Origin: Pseudomonadota bacterium
Lineage (GTDB): Bacteria > Desulfobacterota > Desulfuromonadia > Geobacterales > Pseudopelobacteraceae
Assembly: GCA_019352135.1 (NCBI GenBank)
Contig: JABBNX010000003.1
Span: forward strand, 3,149 to 67,148
Length of the DNA stretch: 64,000 bases
Reading direction: 5' to 3'
The translations under genes and the position numbers were made by a program. The stretch's first letter is position 1. Each line of letters begins with the position of its first letter. This document shows positions 9,369 to 18,017 of this stretch, piece after piece. Under the pieces are notes generated by a model that made no database searches, had not been told where the DNA came from, and saw nothing but the letters and a program-made list of their open reading frames with translations.

Positions 9369-9748
9369 AAATTTCCCACCCCGAGGGTCAGCTGCACGGA
9401 GAGGAGTTGATCCGCTCCGCTGAAAACATCCCCTTCTATCATGAACAAGCGCCCGAATGATTTTATCACCCTGGCTGAAACGGTGAGGACGGCCCCGACA
9501 TCCGGCCGGCCGGAAAATTCCGCATGATCTATTGACGCCATAAATCCTCCCTCCCCCTCTGCCTGCGCAACAACAATACCGGCTAACTGGGCAACAGCTT
9601 CGATCATGAGGATCTGGGGAAAGCCGCGGGAAGCGCCCACACCTCTCCGGGCAATTCCTCGCACTCCCTGTTCCAGCTCAATAATGCGGTCAAGAAGCAG
9701 AAACGGGTAGCGGTGGGGGAGATAGTGTGCCGGGTCGGGATTAAACAG
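9365..9748 (-). CDS. FabZ/FabA-like hot-dog fold (3R)-hydroxyacyl-ACP dehydratase
   Basis: LPHRYPFLLLDRIIEL...MIEAVAQLAGIV is the FabZ signature. The listed 231-aa ORF runs deep into the upstream KS-partner gene. There is no in-frame ATG/GTG/TTG after the upstream stop. The best candidate is CTG 9748, 5 nt downstream of an AGGGAGG Shine-Dalgarno, so the start is uncertain. Confidence 0.7.
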   Translation of the reverse strand: MFNPDPAHYLPHRYPFLLLDRIIELEQGVRGIARRGVGASRGFPQILMIEAVAQLAGIVVAQAEGEGGFMASIDHAEFSGRPDVGAVLTVSARVIKSFGRLFMIEGDVFSGADQLLSVQLTLGVGNL

Positions 9749-10784
9749 CGGGGCCTCCCTTAAATCGGATGGCGTAGTACGGACCTTCGGGTGAGGCCGC
9801 CAGGTGCAGGCCGGCCTGGTCAGGCTGGAGCGAAGCCAACAGTGCTGCCATGGCGGTGCCCCCCATGGCCAGCGAACGGCCGACAGTGCGCCCGATATCA
9901 ATCGTGGGGCTGAGGGCAACCCGCTCCAGAAGTCCCGGCATATCTGCTGCTGTACCGGAGAGCGATACAGGGCTGCAGGAATCGGGTGAACCGGTAAGAA
10001 GATCGAGAGCTTCACACTCACGTCCGGAAGCAAACATGCCGATAGTTGCGATCGCATCAACAGCTGCTTTTACAACAGCGCCACGCCGGGCGGCATGGGC
10101 CGCACTTTCGAGGACAATGATGCCGCACCCTTCTCCGAAAGGCGCGGAGGCGAGCGTCATCTGCCCCATGACATCAAACCCCTTGATTATGAGTGGAATG
10201 AGCTCATCCGCTCCTCCGGCCAGCATAATATCGGCACGCCCCTCTTCGATAAAACGGCATGCCATCATGAACGCGGATTCTGCCGAGCAGAAGCGCTGGA
10301 CCAGGGTAACATTGGGCCCCTTGAAGCCATGCTCGATGGAAGCATTACTGGCAGGGGAATTGGGGACGGTGTTGGGAAATATCATCGGGATCAATCCCTC
10401 GATTCCGCCCGTAAAGTACCCGGTCAAAAATTCCGCGGAATTTGATACTCCGCAAAAGCCGCTGCCAAGCGCGATGCCAACCCGTCCCGGAGGAAGCAGT
10501 TTCAGGTCGAGACCGGCATCTTTCAAGGCCAGGCCGGCCACCGCAACCGCAAACTGGCTGCAGCGGTCCATCTTGCGGGCTTTCATGGGCGGCATGAAGT
10601 CGGACGCCTTGAATCCGTTCACTTTCCCCCAGAAAAGTCCGTCCCTGCCGAGCACATCGCCGGGAATGGGCGTAACTGCATCACACCCGGTGCGCAGAAG
10701 ATCCTGAATGGCGGCTATCCCTGTTCCGGCAGCGGAGACAGCGGAGTAACCGGTTACAACGATTCCTGAGATCGGACTATTCAT
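9741..10784 (-). CDS. Ketosynthase-like partner subunit (chain-length-factor-like)
   Basis: 347 aa with a thiolase fold. It keeps a Cys (Cys166, QRFCSAES) at the position of the KS active-site Cys. It lacks the His dyad: SLSGTAAD replaces NAHGTGTP. ATGA overlap with the KS gene. Confidence 0.8.
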   Translation of the reverse strand: MNSPISGIVVTGYSAVSAAGTGIAAIQDLLRTGCDAVTPIPGDVLGRDGLFWGKVNGFKASDFMPPMKARKMDRCSQFAVAVAGLALKDAGLDLKLLPPGRVGIALGSGFCGVSNSAEFLTGYFTGGIEGLIPMIFPNTVPNSPASNASIEHGFKGPNVTLVQRFCSAESAFMMACRFIEEGRADIMLAGGADELIPLIIKGFDVMGQMTLASAPFGEGCGIIVLESAAHAARRGAVVKAAVDAIATIGMFASGRECEALDLLTGSPDSCSPVSLSGTAADMPGLLERVALSPTIDIGRTVGRSLAMGGTAMAALLASLQPDQAGLHLAASPEGPYYAIRFKGGPAV

Positions 10785-11986
10785 AGTGACAGCACCAGAG
10801 AGGTAATATTTCCGCCAAAGGCAAAGGAGTTGGACATGGCAATGGTACTATCGGTCGGCACACTGCCGGCATGGCAATACTCCAGGTCGCACTCCGGGTC
10901 ACGGCCGCGGTAATTGAGCGTCTGGGGAATAATTTTCTTATTGAGTGCCAGTACGGTTGCAACGACCTCGATAGCCCCCGCTGCCCCCAGACAGTGCCCG
11001 GTCATCCCTTTGGTAGAAATGAGCGGAACCTGGGGAGCGCGCTCACCGAAGACCAGTTTCATCGCATTCGACTCAACCACATCGTTGAGCGGGGTTCCGG
11101 TGCCGTGAGCGTTAACCCAGCCGACCTGCGAGGCATCAACAGCGGCCCGCTCAAGAGCCTGGAGCATGACACCCGCCGCCGCCGTACCGCCCGGTTCAGG
11201 TGCCGTCATGTGATACGCTTCGCCCGCCAGGGCATAGCCAAGCAGAGCGCCGTACATCCGGGCGCCACGAGCCAGGGCATCGTCCTCTCGCTCCAGCACA
11301 ACGAAGGCAGACCCCTCACCCAGGGAAATTCCCTGACGATCGAGACTGAAAGGCGCACAGGGTTGGGGGTCGACCACCCGCAGCGAATTGAATCCTGCAA
11401 ACGTCAGCATTGAAAGCGTATCCGCACCGCCTGCCACCATAAGCTTCTGACGGCCGCTGGCCACCAGGTCGGCCGCCCAGCCGATAGCGGTTGCGGAGGA
11501 GGAACAGGCGGTCGTCACCGTCCCCTGATAGCCGCACAGATTGTAGGTCCGGGCGATATCCGTCGAGGTCTGGTCCGGCAGGATGCCGCGCAGCAGCGAT
11601 GGGCGCTCCTCCCGTCCCTCAAGAAGGGCTTTCAGCCAGATCTCCCCCTGGAACATGCCGGCAGCGCCACCTCCCATGGAGACCCCCATGTCATATGGGG
11701 AATAGCGGTCGGTGACGCCGCTGTCCCGAAGCGCCTGGCCGGCGGCAATGACGCCGAACTGGTCAGAACGGGACAGTTTGCGGGCAGACCGGGAATCGAA
11801 ATAATTGAGCGGGTCATACCCTTTGATCTGCGCCCCTATTTTGGCCGGAAAGGGGGATACGTCAAAGAGGTCCAACGGCTGAATGCCGCACCTTCCTGCG
11901 CAGAGCGCATCGGTAAATTCCGTCACGCTCTTTCCGACGCTGCAGAAGACCCCCAGACCGGTGATGACAACGCGTTTTCCGGTCAT
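10781..11986 (-). CDS. Beta-ketoacyl-ACP synthase II-like (FabF family)
   Basis: 401 aa. Active-site Cys in TTACSSSATA (Cys161) and His residues in AYHMTAP and NAHGTGTPLND. C-terminal SNSFAFGG. Confidence 0.9.
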   Translation of the reverse strand: MTGKRVVITGLGVFCSVGKSVTEFTDALCAGRCGIQPLDLFDVSPFPAKIGAQIKGYDPLNYFDSRSARKLSRSDQFGVIAAGQALRDSGVTDRYSPYDMGVSMGGGAAGMFQGEIWLKALLEGREERPSLLRGILPDQTSTDIARTYNLCGYQGTVTTACSSSATAIGWAADLVASGRQKLMVAGGADTLSMLTFAGFNSLRVVDPQPCAPFSLDRQGISLGEGSAFVVLEREDDALARGARMYGALLGYALAGEAYHMTAPEPGGTAAAGVMLQALERAAVDASQVGWVNAHGTGTPLNDVVESNAMKLVFGERAPQVPLISTKGMTGHCLGAAGAIEVVATVLALNKKIIPQTLNYRGRDPECDLEYCHAGSVPTDSTIAMSNSFAFGGNITSLVLSL

Positions 11987-12729
11987 ACGATACCACCATC
12001 AACAATGATAGCCTGACCCGTGATATACGAAGCCCGCTCCGACGCAAGGAACATGACTGCGGCAGCAACCTCTTCAGCTGTACCGATCCTCCCGAGGGAC
12101 GACCTGCGGACAATCTGTTCCACCACATCCTGCTTCAGGGCAGCGGTCATCTCCGTCGCAATAATCCCGGCCACAACCGCGTTGACACGTATCCCCATCG
12201 GGCCGGCCTCGCGTGCCAGCGATTTTGTAAAGCTGATCGCAGCCCCCTTGGAGGCAGAATAGTTGCTCTGCCCCTGAGTGCCGATTATCCCGGAGATTGA
12301 AGAGATGTTGACAATACTGCCGCTGCGACGTCCCATCATCTTGCGCAGACCCCACTTGCTGCAGTGAAAAAGTGGATTGATATTTGAGCGGATGACCGCA
12401 TCCCAATCATCCTCCGACATCATGGCCAGGTAGCAGTCTCTGATAATGCCGGCGTTATTCACCAGGACATCAATATGCCCGGAGGCCGCAGCGACTGCGT
12501 TGATCAATCCGGTCGCGCCCTCAGAGGTAGACACGTCAGCCTTGAACGGTGTAATCGTCCCCGGCAGGCCGTCGGCCTCTTCGGTCACAGCCCGGGCAGC
12601 TTCGTCGTTGCTCAGATAGGCGGCGAACACGGTGGCGCCTTCACGGGCAAAAGCCAGGGAGATGGCCCGGCCGATCCCCCTCGTCCCGCCGGTAACAACA
12701 ACAATTGAATCCTTGAACTCCATAACCAC
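11983..12729 (-). CDS. 3-oxoacyl-ACP reductase (SDR, FabG-like)
   Basis: 248 aa. VVVTGGTRGIGRAI cofactor motif, NNAG, and YSASKGA catalytic Tyr/Lys. Confidence 0.9.
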   Translation of the reverse strand: MVMEFKDSIVVVTGGTRGIGRAISLAFAREGATVFAAYLSNDEAARAVTEEADGLPGTITPFKADVSTSEGATGLINAVAAASGHIDVLVNNAGIIRDCYLAMMSEDDWDAVIRSNINPLFHCSKWGLRKMMGRRSGSIVNISSISGIIGTQGQSNYSASKGAAISFTKSLAREAGPMGIRVNAVVAGIIATEMTAALKQDVVEQIVRRSSLGRIGTAEEVAAAVMFLASERASYITGQAIIVDGGIV

Positions 12730-12824
12730 CCCAATGAACTAATGTACTGCGTCAAGTATACCGGTCGCACCGAAAAATGTCCAGCGTGCGGCACCTGCCG
12801 AAGTTGCGGGTATCGGCAGAGTGA

Positions 12825-14207
12825 TCAGCTGAGCGGCCGGTGGTGGCTTCGCCCGAGACCCTTGATCATCTTCCAGAGCGGTCCCTTGACCTTGAACATG
12901 CGGATTGCGTCCAGCATGGCGGAACTGGCGTTGATCTCCAGGCCGGGCGCAATCCAGTTCCTCCGTTTCATCGCTTCGGCGGTGATCAGGTCGGCGAAAC
13001 CATCCCGGATCAGCGGAGAAATATAAAAAACCGGCTCCAGCATCGAGGCGGATTCCTGTATGAGCCCCTCGTCAATAGCGGTGCGGTACAGAGCGGTATG
13101 CGGGTAGATGCGGATACCGGTCATGGCGATGACCGCCGTCGGCTCCACCTCGTCCATCAGGTCGAACGTTTCCAAAATGGTGGCGCGAGTCTCGCCGGGA
13201 CCGCCAAAAAGCATATAGTGGGCAAAATCCAGGCCGAGATCCGTGCAGAGGCGTGACGCCCTGCGCAAGTCCTCGACGGTGAATGATTTGCGCATGTTTT
13301 CCAGCATCAGCGGCGATCCGGAATCGCTGCCGAACTCCACGGCATCGCACCCGGCCGCCAGCATCTCTTCCATCAGCCCGGCGGTGATGAAGTCAGGGTT
13401 GATAAAAGCCGACCAGTTGACCGGCAGCTTCGCCGCCGTCATGGCACGGCACAGGTGTGAGGCAAAATCAGGCGGATAATTAAAGATATCATCGACAAAG
13501 TAGAGATAGGAAACGCCAAAATCGTTCGCCAGGGCGCGGATCTCGGCGATGATCTCACCGATCGGACGCAGACGCATGTTCCGCCCCTCCAGCAGCGGAT
13601 AGGTGCAGTAGATGCAGCCGAACGGACAGCCGCGCTTGGTCTGAACATTGGCCATGCCCCCTTCACGGTAATAGCGGCCCACATCAAAGAGGGTGCGATC
13701 GGGAGTGCCGGGGTTCTCTACCGGAAGCGGCGGAATAAAATCGGGCCTGCCGGGCACGACTACCCCGGGCAGCAGTGAGGGGTCACCACCACTCTCCAGG
13801 CAGTCCAGAAGCCGGGGAAGCTGCTGTTCTCCCTCTCCTGTGATGCCGTAATCGGCGCCGACCGCGGCAAGGATTTCGACCGGCAGCAGTGAAAACCCGG
13901 AGCCGCCGATGATGCTCAGGGCTCTGCCATGGATCAGGGCGACGATATCCTTCACGCCGTCAAGATAGCTGCGCGTTCCCGGCCAGGTAACGTTGTCCAG
14001 GTTGCGCAGGGAGATGACAACGGCATCGGGGTGCTGGTCGGCAAGTGCGGTGGAAATGGCCTGCGGGGGATCGGATTCGAAACAGAGGTCAAGCACGGCC
14101 AGAACATGGCCGGCAGCTGCCAGCGGCCCGGCCAGGCAGGCGAGACCGATCGGGAAGACCGGGTAGGGGTCACGCTCACGGTTGGCAGAGATCAGCAACA
14201 GCTTCAT
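12825..14207 (-). CDS. Cobalamin-binding-domain radical SAM enzyme (paralogue A)
   Basis: N-terminal B12-binding-like domain (MKLLLISANRERDPYPVFPIGLACLAG). Radical SAM triad TKRGCPFGCIYCTYP. Start set at ATG 14207, directly abutting the upstream stop; the listed extension to 14324 overlaps the thioesterase gene. Confidence 0.85.
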   Translation of the reverse strand: MKLLLISANRERDPYPVFPIGLACLAGPLAAAGHVLAVLDLCFESDPPQAISTALADQHPDAVVISLRNLDNVTWPGTRSYLDGVKDIVALIHGRALSIIGGSGFSLLPVEILAAVGADYGITGEGEQQLPRLLDCLESGGDPSLLPGVVVPGRPDFIPPLPVENPGTPDRTLFDVGRYYREGGMANVQTKRGCPFGCIYCTYPLLEGRNMRLRPIGEIIAEIRALANDFGVSYLYFVDDIFNYPPDFASHLCRAMTAAKLPVNWSAFINPDFITAGLMEEMLAAGCDAVEFGSDSGSPLMLENMRKSFTVEDLRRASRLCTDLGLDFAHYMLFGGPGETRATILETFDLMDEVEPTAVIAMTGIRIYPHTALYRTAIDEGLIQESASMLEPVFYISPLIRDGFADLITAEAMKRRNWIAPGLEINASSAMLDAIRMFKVKGPLWKMIKGLGRSHHRPLS

Positions 14208-14626
14208 GGAACTTCCAGCCACGCCAGCAGGCGCGTGACCCGCTCGGCAATCACCGGCGGCATCTGAAACTGGAGCACGCCATTCATATCGGTCAGTGCG
14301 TGGGTTGTCACGCCGGTGGCACATTTTGTACCATCCGGGCCGATAATGGTGGAGATGAATTCAAGGGTGGCGGTGCTGGTGCGCCGCAGGGTGGTCTGGA
14401 TCGTCAGTACCTCGTTAAAACGGGCCGGACGCAGAAATTTCAACTCAAGAGCAACCACCGGCCCCAAAAAACCATCGGCAATCAGCTGGAGTGCATCGAG
14501 ATCGAACTGCCCTGCCAGAGCATTGCGGCCGATTTCCATCCAGGCGACATAATGGCCGTGCCACGCCACCCGGTAGGCATCAATTTCGTTGAAACGGACG
14601 GTTATGCTGGTTTCGTGATTTTTCAT
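14204..14626 (-). CDS. 4HBT/YbgC-type hot-dog acyl thioesterase
   Basis: 140 aa. RFNEIDAYRVAWHGHYVAWMEIGR matches the 4-hydroxybenzoyl-CoA thioesterase family N-terminal motif. Confidence 0.8.
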   Translation of the reverse strand: MKNHETSITVRFNEIDAYRVAWHGHYVAWMEIGRNALAGQFDLDALQLIADGFLGPVVALELKFLRPARFNEVLTIQTTLRRTSTATLEFISTIIGPDGTKCATGVTTHALTDMNGVLQFQMPPVIAERVTRLLAWLEVP

Positions 14627-15459
14627 GTCTCGCTATCAATCCAGCGGTTGAATTTGGCGAGCGCCGAGCCGGCTCCTACCTCTTGAAACCGCGTCACCCC
14701 TCGGGAGCGGAGCGTGCGGTAGGTTGTTTCCCAATACACCGGACGACAGAGTTCATCCACCAGAAACGCCGGAATAGCGGCGGCTGTCAGGGGCGTCTGG
14801 CCGATATGCTCTACCAGCGGAATCCGTGGTGCGGAAAAGCGGTATTCCGCCACGATCCGCCGCAGCTCTCCGGCAATTGTTTCTATCAGCGGCGTGTGGA
14901 GCGGGGCGTCACAGGAAAAAATGCTCACCGAAAAGGCGCCGGAAGCCGTGGCCTCAGCCAGAGCTGCCTCCACCTTTTCCCGTTCACCAGCCAGCAGAAA
15001 ATGGCGCGAGGTGTTGTGGTTGGCGAGATAAATGCCGTGGTTGGCCGCGATATCCGCCAGCGGCCCGGAGGTCAGGCCGATGACACATCCGAGCGCATAG
15101 TCCCTATGCAACCCCATGCCCGCCATGGCTACGCCGATACGGCATGTCAACGCAAGGGCCGCCCCGCTGTCGATCGAGCCGGATGCCGCCAGTGCGGCAT
15201 AGATCCCCATGCTATGCTCGGCAATCAGGTCCGGACCGCGCCCCTGGCTCATCAGCTGGCCGGAACGATACAGGCTGACACAGACGCCGTGCAGTTGGAG
15301 CCGCACACTCTGGGTGAGGCTTGAGGCTGACGTACCGCTTTCCATCGGATTGAAACCGGTCGTACCTTGGCAGAGCAGGGCGATCTTCTGAAATTCAGGG
15401 TCGTTACTGTACGTATCGGTAAAGGCTATCGGCTGGCCGGGGTACATCCAGCAGATCAT
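14623..15459 (-). CDS. FabD-like acyltransferase (malonyl-CoA:ACP transacylase family)
   Basis: 278 aa. Nucleophile elbow AEHSMGIYAA (GHSxG variant), with upstream ...Q..... and downstream ...APLHTP motifs like FabD. It is shorter than canonical FabD. Confidence 0.7.
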   Translation of the reverse strand: MICWMYPGQPIAFTDTYSNDPEFQKIALLCQGTTGFNPMESGTSASSLTQSVRLQLHGVCVSLYRSGQLMSQGRGPDLIAEHSMGIYAALAASGSIDSGAALALTCRIGVAMAGMGLHRDYALGCVIGLTSGPLADIAANHGIYLANHNTSRHFLLAGEREKVEAALAEATASGAFSVSIFSCDAPLHTPLIETIAGELRRIVAEYRFSAPRIPLVEHIGQTPLTAAAIPAFLVDELCRPVYWETTYRTLRSRGVTRFQEVGAGSALAKFNRWIDSET

Positions 15460-16742
15460 GCTCCGTTCCTCTTGCGCCGGATGGCAGCGCGGAAACCGAG
15501 ATTCATCGGCCCAAAGACCTGTACCGAGCGGTGCAGTTTAAAGAGCCGCCGATACATGGAAGGAAATGAATAAAATGAGCGGTTAAGCCAGTCGTACCCT
15601 TCCTGAAGCTGGGCAATCGTCATCCCCTTCGGCTGGAAGTTGATATGCTCCATGTCATAGTCGCTCCAGCTGCTGGGTATAATCCGCCCTTCCGCTTCCA
15701 GGCGGCGGCGGACAGCGGTGCCGGGGTAGGGGGTCAACAGCGGAAAAATGGCCGCTTCGAGACGCGCATCCTCACAGAAACGGAGCAGTTTCGGGAAAAT
15801 TTCGGGGGTCTCGCCGTCATAGCCGAGCACAAAGGAGCCGAGGATACCGATGCCGTGGTCACGGAAGGCCTGGGCGTTTGCCATGAATGACTGGGCCCGG
15901 TTGGTGACCTTGCCCATGGCGGCCAGGGATTCCTGGTTGAGCGATTCGAAACCGACGAACATCCCCAGGCAGCCGGACTCACCGGCGGCACGCAGCAGTT
16001 CGGGGTCAGCGGCAAAATCGATCGGCGCATGGGAGAGCCACTTGAGTCCCATCCCCTTCATCCCCTGGAAGAGCGGCAGGGAATAGGTGCGATCCGCGAC
16101 GATATTGTCATCGACGAAAAAGACGAAGGCGTTGTTTTTTTTCAAACCCTGCAACTCGGCCAGCACCTGCTCCACCGGGCGTTTCCGGTACTTGCGGCCG
16201 TAAAAGGCGGTTACCGAGCAGAATTCACAGTCAAAGGGGCAGCCGCGGGTCGTCTGGATGGTGTTGGTGAGCAGATACTTCTTGCCGGTGAATATCTCGC
16301 GACGGGCAAATGGAATATCGGCCATGCTCATCATCGCATCCGGCTTGTAGGTACGCTGGAGGCTCCCCCGGCGAAAATCCGCCAGAAGAAGGGGCCAGAC
16401 AACTTCTCCTTCCCCCACCACCACCGCATCAACGTTGGTGAGCGCCTCGTCCGGCAGATTGCTGGCGTGAAAGCCCCCCATGACCACGGTCTTGCCGCGG
16501 CTTTTGAAACCGGCGGCAATCTCGTAGGCGCGTGGAGCCTGGGGGGTCATGGCGGTCAGGCCAATGAGGTCGGCATCGGTGTCGTAGTCGATTTGTTCAA
16601 AATTGTCGTCGCACAACTCCACATCCCATTCCAGCGGGGTGACGGCGGCAATCGAAGCCAGTGAGAGGGAGGGAAACTTGAAGGCCAATTCCCCCCACAA
16701 CCTCCCCTTTGGCCACCCGGGGGAGATCAGGAGTACCTTCAT
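15456..16742 (-). CDS. Cobalamin-binding-domain radical SAM enzyme (paralogue B)
   Basis: 428 aa. MKVLLISPGWP... B12-like domain, triad TTRGCPFDCEFCSVT, FVGFESL. ATGA overlaps on both sides. Confidence 0.85.
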   Translation of the reverse strand: MKVLLISPGWPKGRLWGELAFKFPSLSLASIAAVTPLEWDVELCDDNFEQIDYDTDADLIGLTAMTPQAPRAYEIAAGFKSRGKTVVMGGFHASNLPDEALTNVDAVVVGEGEVVWPLLLADFRRGSLQRTYKPDAMMSMADIPFARREIFTGKKYLLTNTIQTTRGCPFDCEFCSVTAFYGRKYRKRPVEQVLAELQGLKKNNAFVFFVDDNIVADRTYSLPLFQGMKGMGLKWLSHAPIDFAADPELLRAAGESGCLGMFVGFESLNQESLAAMGKVTNRAQSFMANAQAFRDHGIGILGSFVLGYDGETPEIFPKLLRFCEDARLEAAIFPLLTPYPGTAVRRRLEAEGRIIPSSWSDYDMEHINFQPKGMTIAQLQEGYDWLNRSFYSFPSMYRRLFKLHRSVQVFGPMNLGFRAAIRRKRNGA

Positions 16743-16996
16743 TTCTGGTGTTCCCCGATATACCCGGCCATGCTGCGCACCGAGGCAAAGACCGTTGAAC
16801 CGGTGGCGGCATCAGGGACGACGACTCCGAATTCCTTCTCCATGGCTACCACGAGCTGCAGTGCATCGATGGAGTCAAGCCCGAGCCCTTCGCCGAACAG
16901 CGGGGCGTCAGCATCAATTTCATCGGGCGACATCCCCTCGATACGCAGGCTGTCAATGATCATCTGTTTAACCTTTTCAATCAACTCATCGCTCAT
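16739..16996 (-). CDS. Acyl carrier protein
   Basis: 85 aa. Phosphopantetheine site GLGLDSIDALQLV. It is the only ACP in the operon. Confidence 0.9.
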   Translation of the reverse strand: MSDELIEKVKQMIIDSLRIEGMSPDEIDADAPLFGEGLGLDSIDALQLVVAMEKEFGVVVPDAATGSTVFASVRSMAGYIGEHQK

Positions 16997-17053
16997 GAAC
17001 TATTCCTCTCTCTGGTCCACATTTTTAAATTGGGTTAAACGGTAGTTACCTGT

Positions 17054-18004
17054 TCATCTGCCCTTTGGTTTGCCTGATTCGGTACGTCTGCCGAAAAAAT
17101 CATATAAATTGTACCATTGGTCAGGGTACGCCCGGATATATCGCTCAAACACCGCCAGCAGTTTCTCCATGCCGGAGCGGATGGCATCGCCATGTCCCCC
17201 GTGACCGCTGCAGAAAATAATCGGCTCTTCCATGATGGTCGCGTAGCGCCCTTTATCCTCCAGCAGGACAAAAACCGGAATGACCGGCGCGCCGCTGGCC
17301 AGGGAGAGATGAGCGGCCCCCACCGGGATGTTGGTCGGCCGGCCAAAGAAATCGATCAGAATGGTGTGGGATGAGCCGTCCCGATCACCGAGTATCGCCA
17401 GCACCTCGTTACGCCTCAGTGCGTTAACCGCCTCGATTATGGCAAATGGCGAGGAATCATCCCGGTCGACATAAATGAAACGGACGCCGCGTTCCTGCCT
17501 GACAGCCTCACGCAGCTCATTTACCTTTTCATCCGGCTCGCGGAACGTCAGCATGTTGATCGTATAGCCCAAATCCGCCAGACCCAACCCGCCCAGTTCC
17601 CAGCTGCCGAGATGGGGCGAAACAAGGATCGCGCCGTTACCGGCCGCCAGCGCCTGATCGAGCGTGTCACTGCTGCTGCGCCGCCCGATCATCGCCTGGA
17701 GTTTTTCTCCCTTGAGCCGCATAAACAGCATCTCATCACACCAGTTATGGCTGAACGTGCGGAAGGTTGAAAACACCAGCCGCTCCACATCATCCCTGCC
17801 GGTGACCACCTGCAGATTGGAACGCACTCCCCTCCGGGTATCAGTCAGCAGGAGGTAAAACAGGCCGCCCCAGAAAAAAGTGAACGGCGGGAACAGCCAC
17901 CGTGGTACCAGGATCGTGAACAGTTTGATAAGGAACAGATTGAAATTGCTGTAAAAGGTCACTGATATAACTCGGTATCGGCACGATAGTAGTAAGTAGC
18001 ACAT
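17054..18004 (-). CDS. LpxL/HtrB-family (lipid A late / lysophospholipid) acyltransferase
   Basis: N-terminal membrane anchor. AILVSPHLGSWELGG is the family H(x)4E/D motif. ..GDRD....IL.DFFGRP...P.G.A.L is typical of Lip_A_acyltransferases. The start is ATG 18004 (MCYLL..) or 18040. Confidence 0.8.
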   Translation of the reverse strand: MCYLLLSCRYRVISVTFYSNFNLFLIKLFTILVPRWLFPPFTFFWGGLFYLLLTDTRRGVRSNLQVVTGRDDVERLVFSTFRTFSHNWCDEMLFMRLKGEKLQAMIGRRSSSDTLDQALAAGNGAILVSPHLGSWELGGLGLADLGYTINMLTFREPDEKVNELREAVRQERGVRFIYVDRDDSSPFAIIEAVNALRRNEVLAILGDRDGSSHTILIDFFGRPTNIPVGAAHLSLASGAPVIPVFVLLEDKGRYATIMEEPIIFCSGHGGHGDAIRSGMEKLLAVFERYIRAYPDQWYNLYDFFGRRTESGKPKGR

Positions 18005-18017
18005 GCTGTGTTCATGG

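Noticed and set aside
9749-10060. N-terminal extension of the dehydratase ORF (231-aa version)
   Set aside because: The extension lies completely inside the KS-partner gene in another frame and has no FabZ similarity. Homology starts at LPHRYPF, just after the upstream stop.
9850-11413. Plus-strand ORFs of 285 aa and 180 aa across the ketosynthase genes
   Set aside because: The minus-strand translations carry the KS catalytic motifs (TTACSSS, HGTGT). The plus-strand products are Pro/Ser/Arg-rich junk.
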